DNA of 63,491 nt, the filler included, from Octopus bimaculoides (taxonomy: Eukaryota): the NCBI RefSeq assembly GCF_001194135.2. It is 6 parts of 6 records of this genome, joined end to end, with 100 filler letters (N's around TTAATTAATTAA, not from the genome) between each part and the next. Parts side by side here need not be neighbours in the genome. Positions count along the whole stretch, not along the records: positions 1 to 28,433 come from NC_068981.1; 5 more parts are not named here. One strand, 5' to 3'. Every line of letters starts with the position of its first letter. The stretch's first letter is position 1. Shown here piece after piece: positions 11,637-24,083 of the stretch. Under the pieces are notes generated by a model that worked only from the letters and a program-made list of their open reading frames with translations, was not told the origin of the DNA and ran no database searches. Both the position numbers and the translations under genes were made by a program.

Positions 11637-13112
11637 ATTTAGCGATCAGTAGAATAAGTAGCAGCTATATATTTATATGTATGTATGTATACGTATATAT
11701 ACATATGTAAGCATGTATATATATATATATATATATNNNNNNNNNNNNNNNNNNNNNNNNNNNNNNNNNNNNNNNNNNNNNNNNNNNNNNNNNNNNNNNN
11801 NNNNNNNAATAGTGGTTTATAAACTACAAATAGTTCACAGTTAGCAAATAGGGTTGCTGTATATACGAAAAGGTTTCCAAAAATTAGGGAATGGAGTAGA
11901 TAAAATCCAGGCTGCATATGTTTCCTAGCTAGCCGAATCTCGGAAGTAGTAATTATCTAAACAAGTGGCACACCACAAGCTACTCTTTAGGCAAAGGATG
12001 CCTTTATAAAATGAAGTTTACATTGTCGTTAGGAGAATCCGTGTTAACTCACTGGGGTTTCGTTAAAAATGTTAATTCATATATATATATATATATATAT
12101 TAGAAATAAGACTATGTTACATACAGAGGGATGTATACGTGTGTGTATGTGTGTTTGTGTGTGTGTGTGTTTGTGTATATGCCTGTTTGTGAGTGATATT
12201 TCAGCATAATGTCGCATCGTCATTTACATGAAAACGACTTCGCTTTTCTAGAGTTGCATCAAAGCACCAGTGTCTAACTATCTGCTGATGTAATCGAGAG
12301 CTTATAACACGCAAATCTACTAAACAGAATTTCTGGTCATTGAAAGAATTCTACTGCAAATGCCATTTTTTTTGCGTACACAAACGTGTTATTAATGATG
12401 CACACATCGTTAAGTTAACTTAAGGTTATTATTTTAAGAGCTTCAAAACATTTACTAATTGTGGACTTAGTACAGTAACTCGAGACAAATTCATTGTAAT
12501 ATACGTGTTGAGCGAATATTATCGCGTGGTCTTTAAATGGGGAACTAATGATAGGCTTCTTTAATACAAGGCAATGCTGAGATAATTATTTTCCTATATG
12601 AAACATGGGTTAATTAGACATTAGATGTGTTTTATTTTTATGTAGATATTTCCTTTATTTTATGTATCTTCATTTGCGTGATTTACCGCAATTACTTTAA
12701 AATTTGTTTTCTCTTTTTTTTTCTAACCTCAGCACACATTTATAAGATTTCTCACTAGAATAAAAATAAAAATATATAAAAAATATCCTGTTATTGAAAT
12801 TTTAACAAAAAATGAGCATTACTACCTGTTCATTAGCTTTCACTAATGATGTTTAGCAAAACATACTGGAAAACAGTGATGTCCACTTAAAGTAAAATTA
12901 AAATATATATGAAATTAGTTGTGGAATCAGTGAAAAATGCTAGTACAGTAACTTTACTAGCTTTTTGCACTAATATAACAATTGAGGCATGGCAGTCTCC
13001 ATGCAGTCTGAGTCTTTTGACAATACAAAACCGAAAAAATTGGATGAGTCAAAAATATTTTATTGGGGTGTAAAACGAAGCCAATCTGTTAGCATAAATA
13101 TATACATACATA

Positions 13113-13184
<72 letters not shown>

Positions 13185-13229
13185 AGCGTGTGAGCGTGTG
13201 TGTTCAAGCCCATGCATAAAAGTTTAACC

Positions 13230-13800
13230 GGCTATCATTCGAATGTGAGAATGATCTGGCAGAATGTAAAAGGAGTTCGCCAGTTGCTGTAGATGCTTTT
13301 GCGATGGTGACCAAGTATAAATATCCCCTGTTCATCTAACTTCTATTTCAGTGGGACACCGACGATATAACAAATAGTGGGAGGAAAAGCTGTATCATCG
13401 CCATTTTCTGCATGAAATGTCACTGCTGTGACCTGCTAGTTAGAGAATTTTCGGTTTGGTCCAAACTTCAAAACGAGTAGGCAGAGAGCTATACTTGAAA
13501 GCAGGGTACTTAGTCTCATCCAGAGATGTCCGAAAAACATCAACCTTTGAGCCATCAGATGGAACTTGGTGAATCATTTCCTCGTTTCCATAATTTATGA
13601 TTGTCTACTTCTCGTGCCTTGCCTCACATACCAAGTTGTTTTCCGGTCCGCTACCAGCATCTACACAGACGTCTTGGTTTGCATCCCATAAAGATGTACA
13701 GACATGCTCTCAATCTGTTGTATCTACAGAGTTAAATACATGATACAAACCTCTGGCGATTCTTCTGCTTGCACCTTTGCTTTTTAATTCATAAGCCTAG
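13230..13800 (-). mobile_element. RTE-like LINE C-terminal relic
   Basis: Uniformly GC-richer block. Minus-strand KVDVFRT ... EVW ... EIEVR ... LGHHRK resembles the RTE K.VY..V...ETW and EI.RRRW..GH..RK motifs, with stops and frameshifts. Confidence 0.45.
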
Positions 13801-14021
13801 TGAATTAACATTTCCATATAATGGTCTCTTTAGATATCATACTAAGCACCAAAACATAACATGTAGGGGTGGGTACAGTTGTTTATGCCAATTATAAGCT
13901 CTTGAGTGGTACCTACTTCATCAACGTTGCGTTCATAAATTGAAATATGACTACAGCAGGATTTGAATTCGAAAGTTAAAATGAGATAAAAATGCCGAAA
14001 GTCTTCTTATTCAGTACTTAC

Positions 14022-14064
14022 CTGAGTATGACACTCCACCACCTCCGAAGAAAGCATTTTTTGC
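14022..14064 (-). CDS. Candidate 43-nt minus-strand exon (all three frames open)
   Basis: On the minus strand: acceptor tatttttatcgtcAG, donor CAG|gtaagt, and a GC-richer island in AT-rich flanks. Confidence 0.35.
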
Positions 14065-14693
14065 CTGACGATAAAAATATTCATTGTGAATTTTATTTGT
14101 ATATGACAATGTAATGTGTGGTTTGAAATTAGTTCTAATTTTTATTAAGAAAATTAATCTCTAACATTTACATTTAACATTATTATCAGTTAAATATATT
14201 GCCATTACTGGGAACTATATGATTAAAAAAACATAAAAAAGTTTACATTATGTTCTTTAATTCTCATTCATTTGTTTAGATCAATGTTTACTGTATAATA
14301 TAACTAGTCTTTGATGCTGTTTCTCTGAATAATAAATAGTTATCTTTATCAAATTAGTAATATCTGTTCTCGAAGAAATATTTCTTTCAAGTTCACATAT
14401 ATGAATATATAAAACTAAACTTAATTATATTTAAAGGAGAGTCATCTAATATAGAAAACGATTAGCGAAACGATTACTGTAACTCAAGTCCGTTTTACAA
14501 GGCAGATCATTTTGTAGTTGAGTGTGAGTGAATATATTGAGTATAGTGCGTCAAGGAAATAATCAATTAAGCCTAATTAATCAAGAGAGAGTGTGAATTA
14601 ATTCTTAACGATAATAGGGAGGAGCCAAACCGGGATTTAAATTAATGGAAAGAAGAGACTCGGACTCATTTACCTTCTACTTTGTTTTCTCCT

Positions 14694-14762
14694 TGCTTGA
14701 ACACCACATCATACAGTTTCTCCTCTGTATGCTTGAACACCACATCATACAGTTTCTCCTCT
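14694..14762. repeat. Direct duplication: 33 identical bp at a 36-bp period
   Basis: TGCTTGAACACCACATCATACAGTTTCTCCTCT at 14694 and 14730. Confidence 0.95.
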
Positions 14763-14775
14763 CGATTTTTAATAG

Positions 14776-14853
14776 ATATGGTTTCATTTCTCATCATAAT
14801 GTCATATCATTTGCCATTTCGCTGAATCCAGTAAGGCAGCTAATTTCACAAGC
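14776..14853 (+). CDS. Candidate internal exon (phase 2 to 2): YGFISHHNVISFAISLNPVRQLISQ
   Basis: Acceptor ctcctctcgatttttaatAG, donor AGC|gtaagt, one open frame. It overlaps a competing minus-strand candidate. Confidence 0.4.
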
Positions 14854-14984
14854 GTAAGTATATGATGCTTTGGCTAATAAGTATCAGATATTAGAAAGGC
14901 GGCTGGCAGACGGAAATTGAATGAAGTCTGCGTTACATGTATATGTGTGTGTGTTTGTGAGAGAGAGTGAGTATGTTTGTGTGC

Positions 14985-15015
<31 letters not shown>

Positions 15016-15021
15016 TGAGTA

Positions 15022-15066
<45 letters not shown>

Positions 15067-15904
15067 CACGCACCACTGCTTGACAAGTAGTGTTGGTATG
15101 TTTATGTAATCGTAACCAAGAGGGTCGGTACAGAGACCGATAGAATAAGTACCTAGCTCTAAAAAAAATATGTTCTGAGTTCACTTCGTCTGAATGATAT
15201 TCAGTCAGAGTGGTCCGCTCGAATGACTACAATCTAAAGATTGAGATAATTAAAAGATATAAGAAATATCCATGTAAGATTGTTAACTAGCTTACTAATT
15301 AGCTAACGAATAAGCTGTTTGTTTACTTAATACTTCATCATAGAAAAATATATTTTAAAGATATCTATTAGTAGCACTGAAGATAATGATGTATGATATT
15401 AGTTGAGGAAGATTAATGAAATTTCTTGGAGTATTTTTCTTCTATAGATTAGTGATTTCAGTAATCAGATAAGAAAAAAAAAAAACAATTCGATGTTAAT
15501 ATAATAATTATGTGAGTAAAAAAGCAAAAATGTATGTTATCAGAAGCACGTCGATGTTCATATAAATTAGCTAAGTACACACGAATTGTAATTCGGTGCT
15601 CTCAGTAGAATTATTATTCTATATTTAATTGATTTTTCTTACTGAACATGTGTTGGAGAGGAAAATTTGAACGTCTCGTTTAGAGCAAAGGAGAAAAATC
15701 AGACACAATACGAATTACTGTTTTTTCTTTAAATTTTTGTTGCGAATCAGAGGCAATACCCACTATATATTGAAGCTTCTATTCATAATATTATATGTTA
15801 TAGTGGAAGCATTACGGAATCTAATCATTCTCACATTCACACACGCAGATACACTTTCATTCATGTATACCCACATCCATACCTTCCTTCCTTCCTTCCT
15901 TCCT

Positions 15905-16145
15905 TCCTAGGTAAAGCTACCTTCTCGCGTCATGCCGACTTATAACGGCCGGCTTTCCGGTTTCATTCCCCATACGGACGCGAAGATGGTCCGTCGCATA
16001 ATTACTCATTGTTGTCAGCTGAGTGGACTGGAGTAACGTGAAATGAAGTGTTTTGCTCAAACATGCAACGCTTCACCTGGTCCAGGAATCAAAAACAATC
16101 TTACGATGAGTCCAGCACCCTAAACACTAAGCTTAGTGCCTCCAT
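15905..16145 (-). mobile_element. tRNA-derived SINE (family C-related), degenerate
   Basis: Contains CAGCTGAGTGGACTGGAG, the reverse complement of CTCCAGTCCACTCAGCTG at about 39610. Confidence 0.65.
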
Positions 16146-16251
16146 ACATACAGAGATATATAGACATGTGGATACATAGACCGTAAAGGCAATAAATTTA
16201 GTTAAAAGCCCAGTATAGAATACCAAGACATTTATAATATTTCATCTCTAC

Positions 16252-16465
16252 AAGGCGGCGAGCTGGTAGAAAGGTTAGCACGCTGGGTGAAATGCTTAGC
16301 GGTATTTCGTCTGTCTTTACGTTCTGAGTTCAAATTCCGCCGAGGTCGGTTTTGTCCTTCATCCTTTCAAGGTCGATAAATTAAGTACCAGTTGCGTACT
16401 GGGTCGATCTAATCGACTAGCCCCCTCCCCCCAAATTTCGGGCTTTGTGCCTAGAATAGAAAAGA
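16252..16465 (+). mobile_element. tRNA-derived SINE (family A), full length
   Basis: AAGGCGGCGAGCTGGTAGAAAGGTTAGC...GAGTTCAAATTCCGCCGAGGTCG...AAGTACCAGTTGCGTACTGGGTCGAT. Confidence 0.85.
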
Positions 16466-16884
16466 ATATTTCATCTCTAAGTTTCTCTTCATGCAGTCAA
16501 GAAGCAAGAAATTTCTATTAAGAAGTTTCACCAGTAAAAAAAAAAAGTATCAGGCGATAACGCATTAACTTTATACTTAACAAAATTTGTAGAGTAGCTA
16601 CTCATCCCAAAATGTGCCCTATCTTCAGATATAAGACAGAACATTGTAGGAGCAATAGGAAATAGAAAACCGCTTGTACGAATGCAAAGAAAACAAAAAC
16701 ATAATAGCAAAATAGCAAATATTGAACAAATTGTTCTAAGTAACACTGGTGAAACATAAACATAGAAACAACCACCTCATTAGAATACAATCAAATTGAT
16801 ATTGTAGATTCAGAGCACAAAATAAAAACAAGATCAGTTGTGAATCTGCAAATATGCAACAAAATTAATCCTATTTCATAGGCG

Positions 16885-17032
16885 CATGCGCGGTTGTGTG
16901 GTATGTTGTTTCCAATCACATGATTCAGGATTCAGTTCCATTGCGTGGCACCTTGGGCAAGTCGTCCCATGTGAACCAAAGTCTGGTGAAGGGATTTGTT
17001 AATTTGGTAGGAGGAAACTGAAAAAAATCTCT

Positions 17033-17105
<73 letters not shown>
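16885..17105 (+). mobile_element. SINE family B 5' half running into (AT)n
   Basis: Similar to 1746-1872. Confidence 0.75.
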
Positions 17106-17112
<7 letters not shown>

Positions 17113-17575
17113 TCTCTACATTTGTCCCACGTTTCAACTGCTAATAGGCAAATACACTGCAGTTACCGTGGAGAATAAATCTCTCTTATGGCAAAAAGAT
17201 GTGAAGACACCCTGTTCTTTCAGTGTCGCCATCTATTAAGAATCCCAGACGTCGATATTTCGAGTTTATTGACTTTCATCAATCAGATGTATCTAAGAGA
17301 GACAACTCTAAACGAACTTAATAAAGACGTAGCTTTATAAATGAATCAGTCAACACGTTGACTAATTTGCTCCAGTAGATCGCCTGCTTAAGGGATTCCT
17401 GATAGATGGAAACACTAAACGAACAGCGTGTTTTCACACCTTTTTACTACAAGAGAGATTTATTCGCCACGGTTACTGTAGTGTATTTGCCATTAAGCAG
17501 TTGAAATATGTGGCAAACATATTTCAGCTTAACTAATTCTGCTCATACTTATACACTGCTTAGTGCTGATGCTTG

Positions 17576-17622
<47 letters not shown>

Positions 17623-18394
17623 TTTAAATAAGAGCCATAACGCAATCCTATGCATGTAGCTACTTAATATCCTAGCTTAATGTCCTAGGTTATTTTACTT
17701 AGTAACCTGCCTGGAGGGATTAGTTAAATCCATACAATGATATTAATTTAACATGGATTACGTTTATTTTCATAGAAACCTTTTCTATATTTACACTTAT
17801 GAGTTTTGATCTTAGTTACTTGATTTATCATTTATAATTCTATGTAAGTTAGTACCGATGGCGTCGTAATAATTGTTTATTTTTTACCTTATCGATTAAA
17901 TCCCTTCCTTCTTTAATATTGTATTTGAATTCCACTACTAAGCTAATGTAATGTATTTTTAAAACTTTGATGGTTGCAATCTGAATGTGACCTTATTTAT
18001 TTTATCTTATAAGTTATAATTTATATTTTCTAATTTATCTTGTTTACATATCCTTAAAACAAGTCCCATAACTATTCTAAACTTAAAAATAAATATAATT
18101 ATTTGATACGATTGGAGTGAATTATGTAAATCAAAAATATTTTTTACTAGATTTACATCTCTTTGACCATCAATTTATATTTGCTTTTTTATTAAGATAT
18201 ATAACAGATAATTTTTCTTTCTTCGTTTTATTTACTTTCAAAATTCCAACGGTTTTTATTGAATTTACAGCGTCGTTTGCTTGCCGCTACTTAACATCCT
18301 AGGTTAATATCCTAGGTTAAACACTCGCATTCCTGTATCGTGTTTATAAACTGACATTTGTGTACTTGGTTACGTTAGTAATTGTCTAACCTAG

Positions 18395-18469
18395 AATTTT
18401 TAAGCAAAGAAAAGGATCAGCTAACGCGATCTTTGAAAATGCAATCAGAAAGTGTAACAGTAAAAATAG
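18395..18469 (+). CDS. Candidate internal exon (75 nt): IFKQRKGSANAIFENAIRKCNSKN (phase 2) or FLSKEKDQLTRSLKMQSESVTVKI (phase 1)
   Basis: Acceptor attgtctaacctAG, donor TAG|gtaagc, two open frames. Confidence 0.4.
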
Positions 18470-19649
18470 GTAAGCTTTTCTAAAGTAGAATATATTATAT
18501 ACCTTTATCATTGGTTATATACATAACCATTATCCAAATTCCAGTGATGCAGATTTTATTTCTATGTTACGAATCAGGTCCTAACTTCTGTGAAGCAGAT
18601 TTCGTTTCTATGTTAAAAATCAGGTCCTAACTTTTGTGAAGAATTCTACTAAATAAAGCATAGTGTTACATACACAGTTATACAAAATTTTTGTACGACT
18701 CTGCAATTATTTCAATAGATCTAAAGTTTCCACCCATCTCAATTTACTGTAAATCTTACTTTTTAATCATACTGAAAATTAGATCTAATGAAGTAATACT
18801 GTTACAATCATAATTGTAATAGTCTATATATTTCAAAACTTGAATATTGTGAGACAAACAAAGAAAAATACACCTTTTACATGTTCACCCACTCACACAA
18901 ACACAGACTCGGAAACGTTTTCATGTCAAAGCTGTTTTGTACATTATCGCTATTTAATTGCAGTGTTTAGTTAGTTTGTAAAATATGCAAAGGAAAGAAT
19001 ATTGATTTATTACTTTTTCATAATAACTGAAACCATAAAGCTGTACAGTGATGTTGGCGACAAAGTAACAAGTGACATCGCGTTTGTCTACAACTCTTCA
19101 AAGGAGTTACTCATCAATTTGTTTATTACCGATAAACATTGTTTTCCATTGTTTACTTGTATACTTGCCAAATTCGACTAACACCATTCCCCAGTTTACA
19201 AGGTTCTAACATTTATCCATAGGAAGGATAACTGACGTTGTATCATATTTCTTTATAAAGTTTGAGCTCATTGACGACCACTCTATCATTTTCACTTCCA
19301 GTATATTAGACGGAGAGAGAGACATTCGTGGGGAATGAAATCTTTCTCCATTCACAATGTATATCCTTTCTCCATTCACAATGTATAACCACCAATACGA
19401 TTTCTGCAAAGTTAGTTCTGGCAGAGAATTGCTCATACATGTAACACACTTCTAGTTATTGTCAGATGAATATATAGAATTAAATCTTAAATTATCATCA
19501 AAGTAACATATAATCTCTAGAAAATGACCATGTCTATGAGAATCTCCTTGCTAGTTTCTCACTATTGCATTCTATGAGTCTTTTTTAAATCTCAACTGTT
19601 GCAAGTCTTTCAGACGGACGTACCTTTCTAATTTTTGTTTCACTTTCAC

Positions 19650-20680
19650 AATAACATGATCTTCACTCTCCGATTTTAGACCTAAAATTTATTTGTTCAT
19701 TTAATTTTTAACTTCAGTAATTTTTTTATACAAACCACTAATAATCGTTAAAATCCTCAGCCGTAACCTCTTCTGCTTTAAGTATTGAATCGCTAAGGTT
19801 TACTACATCATGTGTTATTCTTCGCATTTTTCTCGCAGAAAAATATATCAGTGCTTGATAGACATTCTTTAAAACTAAATCGCCGACCCCAAACGATGTT
19901 TTATTAAAAATCCCAACGGGTCCATTCCTTTATTCTGCAGAGTGCATCTTGTAGTCTATATCCTATAGATCTCTTACTCCATCCACTATTTTCTTTTTTA
20001 TCCTTCTCTTTCTGTATCGCGCAGTGTTTTCAATATCTCTTCTAACATTTACAAACATTAACTAGATTTTATGAAATTGCAATATAGCAGAGCACGAGCA
20101 ATGGCTCTGTAGGCGTATTTATATACTACATACAATTTAATTCATTTTATTCCATTTTTAGTTTTAGGTTTTAGTCTATATCAGATTATTGTTACAAATG
20201 TATGCCTCATCTCTTAAGAACTTTATTATCACCACTTCTCATCCTTAGGGTTAAACATTGCATTTCTGTTTCTTCTTTTATATAATATCGCTTCTGATTC
20301 CTTCTTGATTGCTTTCTTCTAGGCATTACATATCAATCCACAACTAGTAAAGAATGCCACATATTTTCTGTTATTTACAGTTATTTTCTTTCTCCTAAAA
20401 CATTTGTCTATAGTTTGTCGACAATTACATACTTATCATGAGATTCCCTCAAATTTGCCAATAACATCTAGTATTTTCGAATTTTATCATAGTCATCATA
20501 TAACTAGTTACGGGAGCCATACAATACAATGTGTTCGCTGATTAAATCTAAGTTGGTAGGATTTTCATCGGACATGTGACGATTTTTATTTTCTATTTCA
20601 CTTTGCACATTCACTGAAACTGGACTTACAATAAACCAAGGCATGAAACCCAAACCCATTATATTTTTTCTCAATCTTCT
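19650..20680 (-). mobile_element. Highly decayed LTR-retrotransposon integrase relic
   Basis: Minus-strand fragments YCKSSFSECAK, LRESHDKYVIVDKL and SFGVGDLVLK occur in integrase order, with many stops. Confidence 0.4.
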
Positions 20681-20773
20681 ATAACAGAAATATTGAAAGG
20701 AAAATATAAATGCACATGACTCGTTTCAGCGTTGTCGCAGGGCACCCCAGTGGTCTCAAATCAATGTGCTTAG

Positions 20774-20957
20774 ATATGGCAGTCTTGAACGAGACCAAGA
20801 GTTATTAACTCATTTACTCTATCTTCGGGACAACTCCAAGGTTTACAATCTGGTTCGCCAAGATTGGTTTAACGTAGCTCTTTATATTTACTTTTGTAAG
20901 TTTAAATTCAGTCAGTATCTTCCAATAATTACCTTCATGAGCGAAAATTATGAGTGA
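20774..20957 (+). CDS. Candidate exon (phase 2 start): YGSLERDQELLTHLLYLRDNSKVYNLVRQDWFNVALYIYF; either spliced at gtaagt 20896 or read on to TGA at 20957
   Basis: Open frame of about 60 codons that looks less AT-rich than its flanks. Phase-compatible with 18395-18469; the acceptor is moderate. Confidence 0.35.
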
Positions 20958-21534
20958 TACATTTTAACAACATAAAAATATCGATATTTCGTTTTCAAAA
21001 CATAAACCAATTTATGAGATTTGGACCGTATTAAAAGATCATATAAAATCGCTTGACACTGTTTCAATAATCTAGCATTTTAAATAAATATGATAATGAA
21101 AGTCTCATAATTCAGGATTCACTAAATAATTGGAATTTTTCGAATCTATATATTTTTATCTTTCGAAAATTCGTGCGTCGAGGATTACTGCAATCACCAA
21201 AGTTTACAAATTAGTATTTTGATAAAGCATTTTAGTTTGTTATTAGGTTGTACAACTAGTGAATAAACATTTATGAGATACGTTGTAATTCAACTAATCA
21301 CAAATTATGAAATGAAATGTCGGAATATTTTGTATTTTATCAAAAATTCTATCACATAGTCTTTTATAGAGAACAAAAATCTATAAAATATATATATTGT
21401 TTCAAATTATAGTTTTCAAAAATGTTTTAATTTGTTGTTTCCTTTCATAACAAATTTCATATTTCTTTTTCTATATAGTATATATTACCTATAATAGTGA
21501 CTAATACATATATACGTACAAAATTAGCCAACAC

Positions 21535-21830
21535 ACCTGCCTGCTTGCCAACTTGAGTGTCTGCCTACCTGTCTGCGTACCTACGTACCTACGTACCTAC
21601 CTACTTACCTACCTACCTACCTACCTACCTACCTACCTACCAACCTACACGCATACATACATACATACATGCATACATACACATAAATATACACAGACAT
21701 ACATATGCACACGCATACAGGCACAGGCACAAACACAGACAGACACACGCACAGATATATATATGTAAGTATGTATGCATGTATGTATAAATATGTACAT
21801 ATACATACACATACACAGGCACAGTTATAT
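21535..21830. repeat. Compound (CTAC)n/(ATAC)n simple-repeat tract
   Basis: Direct observation. Confidence 0.9.
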
Positions 21831-22437
21831 CCCCGAAACTTCGTTAATTTCAATTCGAAACTTCTTTTATAAAAATCTCATTGATTGTCTCTCCTTCCCA
21901 TATATACAGACACATCTCAGATATGCACACGCACACACAGCTCTAAAGCAACATTCACAAGTACTCAAATAATATTTTCGTATTATATATATATATATAT
22001 ATATATATAAAGAAGACAAACGCTCGAGATGTTGTTAATCCATTTATATCATGAAGTACTCTACATACGTTTGGACGGGTGCATTCCAAAATATCCGGCC
22101 GGATAAATAATGGTCAACAGTGCACCGATCTCTTCAGGAGGTTTCTGATAAGCTCATAGAAAAAAAACATGTTAACCGAACAAGAATGTTCTACAAANNN
22201 NNNNNNNATGATAAGCTCATAGAAAAAAAACATGTTAACCGAACAAGAATGTTCTACAAAATGTAACATATTTATATGGACACAGGCGTCCATACTCAAA
22301 CATGTGACGTGTAAATATAAACTTTAAATTCATACAAGAACACAAACATATACCAATACATACATAAACACTCATCAAAGTACAAACACTTACACATATA
22401 CATATATATATATATATATTAATATACATCTATATAA

Positions 22438-22499
<62 letters not shown>

Positions 22500-23389
22500 A
22501 TATATACATATAAACACACATAAATACATACATACATATTCTGAAATATACTCACACACACACATGCATATATATCTCTACACATATACACGTACATATT
22601 CGTGCGGTTACGACTTAGAACCAAACCATTACTAAAATATATGCTAACGTGGACATACTAATACTCATAAACAAACTATCATTGATATATACAAGAGCAT
22701 ACACACCCCAAAACACCAAGAGATCCCCAACACATAGTTGTATACACATACACACACTTAGTTAAGCACATAAAGATTACGTTCATTCACAAGATATTTA
22801 CATACGAACAATGGATGCTTGGAATTTAAAATAACGTTGTCGGAACAAGCTAGATATTTGGAAAGAAGGAATTGAAGTATAGAAAGATAGTGAAGGGGAA
22901 AGAAAGGAAAGAAAAGCCAGAAGAAAAAGAAAAGAAGTAAAAGAAACTTTAGATGAATTCTTATTAATTAATGGGAAGAAATTGTTTGAAATAAGTGAAA
23001 AAAAATTGCTAAATAATAGATTTGTAAACTCACTATAACTCACATAAGGATATAGCTAGAGGCATACAGATACTTATGTATGTTTTGCAGAACTTTACCG
23101 ATCTCAGCTTATAAATATACATATATAGAGGAGCACATACCTCCCAAAACATTGGCAGACATTAACGCGCTACAATAAACCCATACTTACACTTATAAAT
23201 ATATATACAATATTTTGCACACTGATAAAAAAAAATGTTAATAAGGAGGAGTAAAGGTTAAAGGGAAGAATATGGCAAAGAAGTTTGCATTAGATATTAT
23301 TGTTTCGGGTGGATACTATTTGAAATTACTGAACGTGTGTTTTGTCAAATGGATGCGTTTGAAAATTCTCTCTATAATTTTTTTTTACC

Positions 23390-23745
23390 AATTTATGTTT
23401 AGAGAAGAGAATAAAATATTTCTCTTCCTTGCATAAAAGACAGAGATTTCTCTTTATCATAAGGTAAAGATCTAGAAAGAATTTTCCATTCCAAACAAAA
23501 TGATTTGTTGAGGTCCTTAAGGTCGCAGATTAGTTTACTGAGTCCCGAAGAGCTCCGCTTACGTTTGTATTTAAAGGTAGAGAAGTAGTTGTCCAGGCGG
23601 GATTTCAAATATGTCGAGGATATTCCAATATAAAAATATTCTTTATTACCAGAAGTAACCTTGCATTGGTATACAGCGTTTTTAATTCTGCAGTTTCTAT
23701 TTAGGACACAGGTTTTACCCGGGCCACAATTGCAAAAGCTGTTTG
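23390..23745 (-). mobile_element. Penelope-like element GIY-YIG endonuclease fragment (Neptune-like)
   Basis: NCGPGKTCVLNRNCRIKNAVYQCKVTSGNKEYFYIGISSTYLKSRLDNYFSTFKY...GLSKLICDLKD...EWKIL: Cys-rich linker, VY/YIG motifs and conserved R. Confidence 0.8.
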
Positions 23746-23790
23746 TGTTGCTTCTTATTCTTCTTCTTATTCTTCTTCTTCTTATTATTA

Positions 23791-23870
23791 TTCAGGTCAC
23801 TGCTTGGAATCGAACACGGAATCTTGGGATTAGTAACCTACGCTCTTAACCACTACACCATATGCCCGTG
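23791..23870 (-). mobile_element. tRNA-like Pol III head (SINE head or tRNA pseudogene)
   Basis: Reverse complement GGGCATATGGTGTAGTGGTTAAGAGCGTAGGTTACTAATCCCAAGATTCCGTGTTCGATTCCAAGC carries an A box and a B box (GTTCGATTCC). The acceptor stem does not pair, so it is not an intact tRNA. Confidence 0.75.
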
Positions 23871-23875
23871 GCATA

Positions 23876-23945
<70 letters not shown>

Positions 23946-24037
23946 GTAATAATAATAATAATAATAATAATACTAACAACAACAACAACATCGAATAATA
24001 CCTTATGAATGAGAACCCAGGTCTGAAATTTTCCCAA

Positions 24038-24083
24038 GACACCTGATGAAGGCTGGAGGGTATATCAGCCGATATGTTGTGTT
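24038..24083 (+). ncRNA. Minimal type I hammerhead ribozyme motif, mutated core
   Basis: Stem I GACAC/GTGTT; CTGATGA; extra A; stem II GGCTG-GAGGGTATAT-CAGCC. GATATGTT stands where GAAACGTT would give an intact core and a palindromic stem III. Confidence 0.6.

Noticed and set aside
12989-13087. ATG in good context starting MAVSMQSESFDNTKPKKLDESKIFYWGVKRSQS
   Set aside because: There is no strong donor and the frame runs into (GT)n, so it cannot be supported as a first exon.
13352-13476. Open + strand exon candidate with a strong acceptor
   Set aside because: It lies antisense within an RTE-like relic of uniform composition. It is not listed as a feature and is kept only as a possible exonisation in a finding.
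14776-20895. Sulfotransferase-like look of ISLNPVRQLISQ and RYGSLERD
   Set aside because: The PAPS-binding Arg/Lys residues are absent and the spacing is short, so it is probably over-fitting.
22149-22259. Direct repeat of about 50 bp either side of a 10-N gap, with a faint hammerhead-like look (CTGATAA...GAAA...AACATGTT)
   Set aside because: Likely an unmerged contig overlap. The core lacks G8 and there is no stem II.
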